A stretch of DNA of 64,000 nt. It comes from Eremomyces bilateralis CBS 781.70 (taxonomy: Eukaryota). Positions 46,591 through 58,326 of this stretch are shown here, in pieces. A program made the position numbers and the translations under genes. Every line of letters starts with the position of its first letter. Positions within the stretch are counted from its first letter, which is position 1. The stretch lies in the NCBI GenBank assembly GCA_010015585.1, contig ML975165.1. One strand, given 5' to 3'. The notes beneath the pieces were generated by a model. That model was not told the origin of the DNA. It did not search any database and was given only the letters and a program-made list of their open reading frames with translations.

Positions 46591-49010
46591 ATGGCTTCCA
46601 CAATGACTGAAGAGGATATTGGCGTTGGTGAAACTATACCTCCGCTAACGGCGCATGTGAGCGATGGATTCCAGACTACGAGGTGTACGCTGACTGACTT
46701 CGGTATTTAGGCCGTCAGCGTGTCGTTGCCAACATGGAGGGCAAATGTGGGATACGAGGAAGGGCAGGACTGGGTTCTCAGTAAAATGCAATCCGGCTAC
46801 CCAAGGTAAGCTGCTACTAGACACACCAGGAACCAAGGGGCGTACGGAGGCTGGCATAGTCCTTGACATCTAACACTCCCCTAGATTCTTCGTACACAAG
46901 TCGATACAGGCGCTTGCAGCAGCGATTGTCCTCAAGTATGGTTTGCCGGGAGAGACGGCGATGCTCTTTCCAAGGTCATCCTGTGCAGCCCGGTGTATTG
47001 AATTCTTCAACACCCAGGGGGTAAAGCTGGACTCGAAAGAACTCCGGATTGTCGACCTGGTTCCGACGAAAGAATTCATAGAGCAAGCCACGGCGGGAAA
47101 GTTCATCCTACCCCGAATTTCAGCGGTCATTTTCCCAGAAGAACACTTTCCTACTGCAAAGTCATTCTGGCAGCACACGGGCGAAGGTGTCTCGAGTCGA
47201 CGAGCAGAGTACGCTCACTCGTCATTTCAGAACGGGCTATTGATCAGCAAAACCCAAGCGGAAGAGAGTGCAAGACTATGTAGAGGTCCCAGGCGGTATC
47301 AACGGCGGACATCGATCGAGCGGACCGGCCCGGAAAACGCAGTCACTGGTATTCCCGAGACTCAGGATCCAACCCAGTATGTGGAAGAACGGTTCGGGAG
47401 AAATCTGGAGATGGCCTTCGCAGACAATGCGAAGACTGCCATTCGACGGAGAATTGCAGGAGGTCTCACCGAAGATGTGGATCTGGCAGAAGCGATGCGG
47501 AGGGAAAAAGAAGAATCCTCAATCCAACGGATGCCTGGGCTGTCAGAAGATGATGTTTATTTGTATCCTTGTGGAATGAATGCAATCTTCCAGACGTTTC
47601 GCTCCCTGGCGATCGCTAAAGGAAAGCAATTGAAGAGCATCGAATATGGGTTCGCCTCATCTTTCGCCTCATGGAGGGTCACCAATCTCACTAACCTCCG
47701 ATTAGGTTTCCGTACATCGATACGTTGAAGATTTTACAGAAGTTCGGGCCCGGGTGCCTGTTCTACGGTTTTGGATCCGCCGAAGAACTGGATGATCTGG
47801 AACAGCGCCTCGAGAAGGGTGAAAAATATCTTGCTCTCTTCTGCGAGTGTCCCGGCAATCCGCTACTGAAAACGCCAGATCTTCAGAGGATTCGCTCGCT
47901 GGCTGACAAATATGGCTTTTATGTGGTCGTTGACGAAACGGTCGGAAACTTCCTAAACGTGAGGGTGCTGCCATATGCCGACGTCGTGGTCAGCAGCTTG
48001 ACCAAAATCTTCAGCGGCGACAGTAATGTCATGGGTGGGAGGTACGATAATTCGATTCCCGTCTGAGTTATTCTAAATACTGATTGGTTGGTTAGTGCAA
48101 TCCTGAATCCTAATGGCGAGTCATATTCCGAGATCAAGAAGGTTTGGAACCAAGACTATGAGGACAACTACTGGGCCGAAGATGCGCTATTCATGGAGCG
48201 CAATAGCCGAGACTTTGTCTCCAGGATTGAGCGGGTCAATACAAACGCGGACGCTATCAACGAAGTCCTTCTATCGAGTCCGAAAGGTGAGTTTGTAATT
48301 TGCATCTAGATTTGTCACGATCAGACTTTATTGCACCTCCAATCCCCAGCTGCCACAATGCCCATGACTCTTATAATTTCATCTGACGATTTACTCGCAG
48401 TGAAGGAAGTCTATTATCCCAAGAATGGGTCCACAAGAGAACTTTACGACCGCATCCGCACACCAAATGGCGGGTACGGCGGCCTACTCTCCGCAACTTT
48501 CTACTCACAGAGCGATGCGAAGACTTTCTTTGACAACCTGGACACGGCCAAAGGTCCCAGCTTGGGGACCAACTTCACCTTAAGGTTTGTCTCCCCTTCC
48601 ACCCAGTGATCTACAGTGGCGGCTCTGCCGTCCCGCGGCGGAGACCGAAAGTTCAGCCCTGGGTTGAGAATATGTAACGGCTAACATTCTGTCAGCTCAC
48701 CGTACGTGATTCTGGCACATTTCACTGAACTTGACTGGGTAAGTGAGACTTTCTCTATCGTTTGCGCCTACAACGCTTTCCTTTTCACCCCGCGAGCCAC
48801 TTTGTCTTACCTCGCCTGTTGCATGCATCGCCATAAACCGCCACTACCCATTTTCCGGTATAGATCTGGTGTCTGACAGCGAACGCATCATAGGCCGCGT
48901 CGTTTGGTGTGGACGTCGATCTCGTGAGAGTGTCGGTGGGGTTGGAACCGACGGATCAGCTAGTTGCAACGTTTCAAACGGCTCTCGATGCCATTAAAAA
49001 CGACTCCTGA
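46591..49010 (+). CDS. STR2: Cystathionine gamma-synthase (PLP-dependent, Str2/Met-7 type)
   Basis: [58 protein letters not shown] (PLP Lys), [20 protein letters not shown]. Seven GT-AG introns give a continuous frame. Confidence 0.93.
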
Positions 49011-52000
49011 AAGACTTGCGAAGCAGTGATGCCTCGTTTCCGCTCGGCGACTCCGAGGAGTTCTAAGGAGGGAGACGGAACACAGTCAGCAAGGCATCTA
49101 GGCGGCGGAATTGGAAGCTAAAACTTGGAGTGGTGCCTTTTGCAAGTTGCAGTTACGGCTCACAGTCACGCTTGACAGATACAGCAATTAGCATGGCATC
49201 ATCAAACCCTATTGCAAACCATTTCAGCGTCCAGATATTTCCAGTCATATGGACGAGAACTAAGAAATGGATGGTGTTAAGCGTGGTATTAACTCCGTCC
49301 TTAGTAATAGGTTGACCCAGGCTGGTTGGTGGTTGGGGCCTTGGGGCCTTGGGGGTTCGTCCCTCCGTCTTTTCCGGTTCATAACGGAGAAATGTTGATC
49401 CGCATCCGACCCCAGCCCCTGAGCAGCATCTCCAGCCCCGACCTTTCTTATCATGAATTAGTTCACTTTGCTCGTACTTCCGTCAGGACCCATCCCGTTT
49501 CGCGGCAAGAAATGAAGTCTAAGATGGCCCATGTTCCTCGAAAGATGAAGATCGTCGCCGTTCGATAATTTGAAATTCCTTGGTGCTGTGCATTTTTGAG
49601 CGAATGTGTTGGGTGACCCGTCTCAATTCGTCTCAGGGACGGCGGGGTTCGAATCGTCACAACCTTCTGAATTGGAATCGCCTGGAGGATGAAACGCGAA
49701 AGGATTTGATGTGCATTATTATATTGCGTTTTGTCTAGAACGCTGCACAGACGGGCTATATGCAGGAGGTATGAACAAGTATCGTATTCTAAGTTTCGAC
49801 GTTGGTCCTCTTTCCGTACGTCTGGAACCAATATCTGCAACTAGGTGACCATCGAGTATTGATGTTGATTGATGAGACCACCACATTAGCCGTTGTCGGC
49901 TATTGCGAGAAGTATTCCAGATTTCCAACATCCATCATCTACCTATCAAATTGTGGACATGGAACCAGGGATAATGGGCCCCCTTGCCCCACGAATATAG
50001 TGGCGCCACAGCCTTCCACACCCTTGAACAGATCCTTAAAAGGAAAGGCTGGGGCCAGATATAATATTCCCTGCAATTCGACAATTTCCCTCTAATTGGC
50101 GTTCAGTGTCCCGAATACATACGTACCTACCTAGCGTGATCTACTGCGGACAGTACGCCTGCGGCTATTTCGACTCGTACATTGGCTAGGGGTGAAGAAT
50201 AGAAGTGTCGCAGGTCACGATGCACGAGGCTAGGATATGGCTATCTCTTTTTATTTTAGCATCAAACAGCGGAGGTTGTCCAAGGATGAAGGAGAAGGTC
50301 GAAACAGGTCACTATGTTCGAGGAACATGGAACAAGCTGAACCATCTCAAATGCCGATATACCGATGTGAACGGGTCAATGGGCTGGTCGACCGGACTGG
50401 TACATAGGGTGTACGCTGCTGTGCTCGGCTACTGTGTCCCCACTCCCCAGACCTCATTCTGCGAGCCACACTTGCATCTGCATGGGATGATTCATGATGC
50501 TGGGACTTGGGAGGCTCCCGAGTGGGGTTCAGGAACGGGTAGGGGGGGTGACTCGTTGGGATGAGACTTGGAGAGCGTTGTGACTGGGCAGAAGCTCCAG
50601 CTATTCAACTATCCCAGGTTCAGATATCCAACTCTATTCCATCCCTCTACGGACAGCTGAGCAATTAATCTAGTCACTGATTGATATGTCGGTATACATA
50701 TGACGCATACCAGAATCGGACATTTATTGAATCCCACCCAACTCCACGGATCAGGTCATCCCATGCCCCCATTTCGCAGGACCGCAGGAGGTTTCGGCTC
50801 GGGGCCTTTCAGCTTCTAATTCCGTACTCCCAATGGTGGTCAGCGGAAATGTCAGGTGGACGGAATCGGTCCCTAGACAAAGGATGAGGCTCTGTTTCGG
50901 CATTTCCGCTTGAACCACTTCGGAGGAGGCGGCTTGCCCTATCACGCAAGTGACGTAAGGAGGTACGATCAATATAAGCGACGATCTTCGATTCGCCATC
51001 GACGAACGGGGTCCAACAATTGATGTTGTTGCTTTGTTTCAACGACCAGTGTATCTCCTGACAAGATCTTATTAGGGTTCGCTGCCGTCTGTATTGATAT
51101 TGCTTCAAGATTAGCCATGGTGGAATGACGTCTCGCATATCCGGCGTCGACTCGGGCAATTAAATCTGAAAGCAGCCAACTAGACTCAACTTTTTTTGTT
51201 GGTTACTGAGTGGTACCATCTGGTCCAAATATTATTGGTCAAACAAAAAGTAGCATTGATCGCCCACAGGTACAGATACCATGTACACGAGCGATCTCCT
51301 GCGAATCTGCCAAGAACGTTTGATCTAGAGGTAGATTAGCTATTCATATTTCATCGTTTATGGAGTAACTATAGAGATTGGAGTAACTAGTTAGTTATGG
51401 ACTAGTTAACTTAGCCTATTAGGGGTTAGTTTGGAGGGGGGGAATCTGGAATCAATATCAAATTCAAATTCAAAGGATCATCATTCGTGATCCACATTCC
51501 ACTCGGGTGATGAAGTGTCAAGGCCCAAAGGTCGAATATCCTGACCTCGTTTCCACTTGACGTCCACTGGACCTCGCACTACGATGATGGGTGGGCAGGG
51601 AACTCCCGACAAGGTGGGCTCACACAAGAGGGTGTGTCTCTGCCTCTGGTGTTTGGAATTCGGATACACTCGTCTGAATTCGGAAAAGCATGATAGTCGA
51701 AAATCCTCCACATGCCCAATCTCGGAAGATTATGCTGCATTTGCAGCGTCCGCATTGAAACGGTGACAGGGGCACCACGCTGACCTCCTTAGGGCTGCGG
51801 ACCTACGGTTGATAACGGCGCTGTAGGTCATTAAGCACTTAAGCAGCCGTTCGCCAATTCCACGCTAATATTCCCAAAATAAGAAACTGCGGGACGGACC
51901 ACGTTTCGAGATGCATCATAAAGTAGTTCAGACAAGCATTCAGCATTAATTGCGGGCGATAGCAGCGGTCCTGCGGTAGTAGTTCTAAATCGGGCATGTA

Positions 52001-53775
52001 CGACTTCAAAGGCGTGGCGCAGCCCCTTGGAGCGGGATGATCTGGTGTGTCTTGTAGCCGGGGATATGCTTGTCTGACGGTTGGTACTTGGCATGCAGCA
52101 GATCATTGTTGGAACCTGGAATAGGACAGGTTGAAGAAGAATCGGCAGTCACATAGCCTGATAACCATTACCGTAGTGTGTTGTCTATACAAAGTATTGT
52201 TGGCCGTTTATCTTTCTGATATCTGATGTCGGCGTGACTAGTTGATACATGTAGGTAACCGTTCCCGCAGCCTTAGCGTATCGGCTGCAAGGCTCCAATA
52301 ATCGCCCATAATTATGAACGGAATACATTTCTGATTTCTCATAAACGTCACCATCATTAAGGACTGAACAAGTCATGATAAATGAAACATTCTACTAATA
52401 CTAGTAATGTGTTGGTGGCGTTGCAATCCTTCGCCGTGAGAGGAGGATTTCAAAATGCGCTAATATACCGATTCTCCCTCCACTACCGGCTAACTCCACC
52501 CGCGGCCATGGACTGCGCATCCACTTCCACCCGATCTTAGTCCTACAGTACAGTACGTAGTATCCCGGTGTATCCAATCTCCACTCCAACTCACTCGCCG
52601 GCCTGCACAAAAACACAGTGCACAACTGCACGCACACCTCTTCTGATCGTCTCGCTTCTCTCTGCGGCCCGCGGCCTTACGGGCAAGGAGATGGACAGGG
52701 AGATGGCGGTTGATGCGTATCGTGGCTCGGTTTGCGGCACGGTGTTCGACTCGGTTTGGCGTCATCCACTCATCCTGGCTTTTCATCGACCTGTCCAACA
52801 AGGTCGGCACTGCCATTATGAACAACATGGATACACAATTTAGCGGAGCGGAACGGGACAACTGTCACGATGAGTGACATGAATGGTCCAATTTCTCACG
52901 ATCTCCGCGCTGGGCCATATCAGACCTACTTCCTTCTCCCTTATGGGGACAATTTCCCGTTTGAGTATAGTCACGGATATGGCAATGTCTTCAAAAGTTC
53001 AAGTCCTTGAAGAACAAGCACCTGTCCTTGCAGTGAAATCCCTGGGCTCCCGTCCACCAAAGCCTAACATATTTTCGACTGTCACCATTCTTCGCGTTGC
53101 AACATAGCCTTGTAACCAACATCAACCCGCTAGCCTGGACAATCTTGAATTCACAACTGCCAATGCAGGGCCCACCCGCAGGCGGATGAAACTAAATCTA
53201 TCCTTGGGATAGTGAGTATCTGTGCTCAACACTTCGAACTGCTAAAAAATAACGGCCGCCAGGACCACTGACAGACCGGTCACGACCAGGGGGTCGATCC
53301 TTCAAAGCACCCCCCAAAAGCACCAAGCCTCACTTCCCAGGAATGAGGATGTGGGCTGTTCCTGGGCTCACAAGTCCTCTCTGGAGTCCCAAAGGCCAAA
53401 TGGCACCCAGAATGTCGAATCACTGTTGGCTCCTCGAAATTTTATATCATGCCTAGCTTCCCGTCGCCGGGCATAGTGTAGCCACGACACAGACGATATC
53501 TGTTCACCTTAATCTTGCTCCAAGTCTCAGTTATTATCTTCTTTTCCTTGTCTCAAAGAGTCGACTGCACGATATCCCAATCTAGCATACCCTGTCTGTA
53601 TAACGGTGTCGTTACCCCTCCACCTCTCCCTGCTCGTTATCAAATAACATCATAGCGTAAGGAAACGCTTTCTTCCTCTCCCTCCCTTCTTCCCTCCATT
53701 CCCCACATCATCCACCTCTCCCCACTCTCCCTCCACCCTCCAAATTCCAAGTCCTTCGAGTCTTCAAGTCCCTAA

Positions 53776-55262
53776 ATGCGTCGTTTCCCGTTATCAACTT
53801 TTTCCATAATGACGTCGCGGCCGTCTAAACAATTTGCAAGCTCACTCTCAATCAGTTCATCAGGAGGAAACCACACATCAATACTACCGACCCTGGTTGC
53901 TCGAGGCGCGCAAGGTGGTCAAGCTAGAGTTCGGCGAGTAGCGCGAACGCGGCCACATCAGACCAGATTGATATCAGAAAGAGTCAGGGAAGCACTTTGG
54001 AACGCGGCCAACGACTCGTCCGCCACCGAATCTTTCCGTTCCATCCCATCGAGGAATCAGACCGGCCATTCTGCACTAGAACAGTGCTCTTTAGAATCGA
54101 CGACTCCGTTTGCAAACTTCGACGAAGGGATTTTCACTTCTTCATGCTCGGAGACCTCAAACGTTGACGCTTCTACGCTTCCCTCGGACCCACTTGTTCA
54201 CCATTTCGGGGTTCGGTCTGTTGCGGCACAGGATCTCTTGACTCAACAGTCTGCGGATGCACAAGCGATGAGGTCAGTGTACCTCTTTAAAGAAATTAGG
54301 GGTTGTGCTAACCTCTCACAGCGCATTGGGCTTTATTCTTCCAACAAGCTTCGACCAAATGGATCCATACACATCAAACTACCAATCTCATCGTAAGTGA
54401 TTCGCATTGGGGGAGCCGAGAGCTGGTGTGTAGATGCTAACACTAAGCAGACTATCTTAGTGGACACTACTCGGCAGCAGACCAGAATCGGACATTATCT
54501 TCAGCAAGCCATGCGTCCGCTCCCATTACATCTGCATACGCAGCTACTCCCCCCATGACTGCTAGCAACCCAGGCTCTCCAGACCCAAGAACTATGTCAA
54601 CGAGAGAACGGTCCCAATCTTATCACTCTGCAATAACAAGCCCTTACCAAACCGCCCACCCCTCTCCACCGGCCGGTTACTCAACTTTGGGCTATGCGCA
54701 ACCTGTTCATCCTGCTGTTTCTCCGCATCCCGCATATTCTAACCTTGCCAGTCAAGTTCCCGAGCCGACTTCTTACGGGACAGCAATGGCTGGGTAAGTC
54801 ATTTATGCGAGACCTAAATGGATTTTGCTAACAAAAGATAGATCTTCAAATGGATACGCAGCAGCAAACTATCCATCGGGCTATGAAGCCCTTCCGACCG
54901 CACCATCATTCTATTCCCCCCACAGCGTGATCCATCCAGGAACCCAAACCTCCATCCCGGCATCCTACATGGCGAGCACAGGCGAGCACACCACTTCTTC
55001 AGCGGCGAGCAGTGACGAGCCCGTCCGCATCCTCCACTCACGTCCCAAACCGCAGTGCTGGGACCACGGCTGCAATGGGCGCCAATTTTCCACCTTCAGC
55101 AACCTCCTCCGCCATCAGCGAGAAAAATCCGGCACAGCATCGAAATCGAATTGCCCGCGATGCGGCGCGGAGTTTACGAGGACGACCGCTCGGAACGGGC
55201 ACATGGCCAACGAGAAATGCAAGCGGAGGCAAAAAAGCGGGTCGGAGATCGACGAGGACTGA
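53776..55262 (+). CDS. C2H2-type zinc-finger transcription factor (start at 53776, 54268 or 54359)
   Basis: C-terminal [50 protein letters not shown]. Introns 54273-54321, 54393-54450 and 54794-54841 all keep frame. Confidence 0.85.
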
Positions 55263-58200
55263 GGAGGGGACCCTCGATTCGATAAATCGAAATTTCGACA
55301 GCGCTGAGATTTCCGAGGAGTTGGAAATGTTGCGAGAGCCCTGCGGCGCGGTGCTGCTGGATTCGGAGCGATGCATATGTCCTGCGGCACAGCAGAACGG
55401 CGGCAAATACACTTGCGCCAACCGCAGAGGTATCATGATCTCCACCATCCACCTGTTTGCTCTACGACAACCATCATGACACTTATTTGAGTTTATTGGC
55501 CTGCATTTGGATGGTATTTGCGATGGACATTTAAGGAAAGAACATGACATGGGCTCGGCGTCTGAGCGCGTTTGGTTTGGGGATACGTGCTATCAATGAG
55601 CTAGAGCGGTATACAGCCGAGAGATGATTGGGTCGGCTTCTTGATATTCTATGGGGGATGTACCTACGAACAGGAGCTGCATTTTTCCGGCGTTTTGGTA
55701 TGATATGACAGCCACAAGCCATGTACTATAGTTGATATTTCTTGAACAAAAGGAATCATCGGATGCCTCGGATACATTTGTGGATGTCAGCGTGCGCCGC
55801 GCAGACACGAGTCATATGCTCGGAATCATAGAGATGCGGCGGAGTCAGAGAATAGAAGACACCGACCTTTGATGTTGGATTTAGTCAAACATCAAATGAA
55901 ATTATACCTAACTAGTACCGCTGCCTAAGTTAGTGATGGGCGATCTTCTAAGATGTTGGCAATTTGGTCGCATTGGCTCTTGATAGGTCATTTGCCGCAC
56001 CTGGATGCAAGGAAAGCCTGGAGTACAGGGAAGGACCGCGGCTACGGGAGGGGTTCTAGCTGTCTAGTTGTCCCTAGCATGCATCCGATATTAGGTATTG
56101 CAGCGTTCATGGGGTTTGATGATGGAATCAGGAAAAGGTCGCCTAAGGTTGCCCGGAAACCCTTTCGGCGGTCGGCTCTTCGCCGCTGGCACATTATCCA
56201 TTCGACTGCGTCTTCCGAAGGCGTGTACCCCCCGGAATTCCGACCATCCATGAGGAACAGCCGAAATAGAAGCAGGCTATGTGTCCAACTTCATCCAGGA
56301 GTTTGGCCGTGCCTTCAGCCTTACTGCTTACTGGACACTGCCAGGGATGGGCCGCCAGCTCACCGTAACGAGCTGTCGACTGTCAAGTCACTTGTTGGCA
56401 ACACCGTCCACGGCCCACCACACCACGAGTCACGACCAACTCCGAGGGACCCAGACAATCGGAAGAGCGAGGTTAGATATCGGGGCTCGACCATCCACGC
56501 TAGTGTCCGTCCTGGTAACTTTTTGTAGAAATTGTGATTTGTTGTTGAACAAACAATTGTTCGGGGGCCGAGTAGCCGTGCAGATGTTGCACGGATCGGG
56601 ATCGGTGATTGGTGGAAGTCATAAATTCCTCCAGCAGGTGGCTCACAGCCCACAGGTCATAGCCGACAGGTCATGCGAATCACAAACCATGACGCATGAG
56701 ATACAATAGTTTCTTCGGCGCGAGATGCTTCGAGGTAACTTTGGTTCCAGTGCTGGTTGGAGACTGTCACGTCCTCAGGGCTGCTATAATGGGAAGCTGA
56801 ATGTTGGTGGAGTGATATACAAGTGGGATCCTAGGTACAGGCATGTGGTAGTGTTGGAACTTGAAGCTGTTCCTCCTCTTTTTCGTTGACTGACATCGCA
56901 GTCTGAAGAGGCAGCTATCAGACATGCATCTAGTGGTCCTAGCCATCGTGGCATATTAAAACGGTCCGTGGCGCATCGATCCATACCTCACATGGCGACG
57001 CGACGTCTGCCCTGTAGTCCTCGCGTCCATTGCATGATATTTGCCCACATATCAAGAACGACAAGAAGGAACTGACAGCCGTTTAATATATATTGCGTTG
57101 GCACACGATGAGTTTCATCCTGATCCACCATCGACCCATCGCTCGGTCAATCATCGAAGCTTCGACCTTCATTTGTCTTCCTTCTAGCGCGTCCGCGCAA
57201 TTTGTGTAACCCGGGACGTGACCCAAAGTAAGATTGCTGGAATGCTGGTCACTGGCTCGCTTGAGTTGCTGTGGACGTGAACCAATGGAGATGGTAAGGG
57301 GTCGATTATTGACGACTTTTCCATGCATTGAGAAATACGGATTGTTATATTATATTAGATTGCAGAGCTGAATTGTTAACAAGGAACATGCAGGTAGACG
57401 ATTGATCCTTTGACCAGAAGTTCAAGCTCTTGTTTTAAATTTTAATACAGAAGCTGCGTTCATAGAGGATGATCACGTGCCCAGACTGCCAACATCCTGA
57501 TATCGATGCCTTAGATGAGTACCAGTACCCACACCCAGACACCCCAGGGACAGGGGACGAAATTGAATTACAACCAGAACGCAGCGGAGAATTCACCAAA
57601 ATAGACCTCTAGTAGTCGCCTAGTTAAGGAAAGAGTATACTTTTTGATATTACGCTGTTTTTGAGCGAATTGGGCCTGCCTGTGATGGTAGTGATGGTGG
57701 TAATGGTTGGGGGAATGCCAAGAAACGTAACTCAATTTCGTCCCCAGAAGGACCCTCAGCCTCCAGACTTAGGCATGAAGGCAGCAATATCAAAGGTATC
57801 ACCGTATCAGATCTTGACAATCCACATCACGTGCTTACTTCCCTACGACTGTCCCCACGTAGGCCGACCGAGGTTGGCCCCCGAGCGGGTGCAGGAAGCA
57901 ATCTAAGCTTCCCTATGGCTATGACTGAGTGCTGAGTGCTGACTCACGAACTCGACATCATCACTCCATCAGACTCAATTCCTCGGTCGGTGTCCACATC
58001 CAGACATAAACTATCCAGCAAAGTTGTGATGCTCAGCCTATTCTCATGATGACATTGTAATCATGGCTTTCAATCAATAATCACCGGGCTCTAAGAAGCT
58101 CGTTTTACCTCAGTCGAGGGCTCAGCATTAAGCAGGGAGATACCCTCCATAAACCAGCAAGATGATCCAATTACTGTCCCAGTTATTTCGAACACGCCTT

Positions 58201-58326
58201 GCTCATACCAACACACGATCAATAGACATATCACTGTTACCGCGATTACATTGATAGTGTTGAAAACCCTACTTCTGACTTGAATGTCACACCAGTCGGA
58301 GATACCTGGTTGGCACGTCTCTAGAT

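Noticed and set aside
49640..49660. GGTTCGAATC tRNA T-loop/B-box-like word
   Set aside because: No T-stem pairing, acceptor stem or A-box.
50969..51140. Short - strand peptide YARRHSTMANLEA..NPNKILSGDTLVV reminiscent of a LysM C-terminal half
   Set aside because: The N-terminal LysM strand and GDT motif are missing, and there is no signal peptide or gene structure; cannot be separated from chance.
56500..56670. Kinase-like words (DLWAV, GYSAPEQ) on the - strand
   Set aside because: The motifs are in the wrong order and no other kinase subdomains are present.
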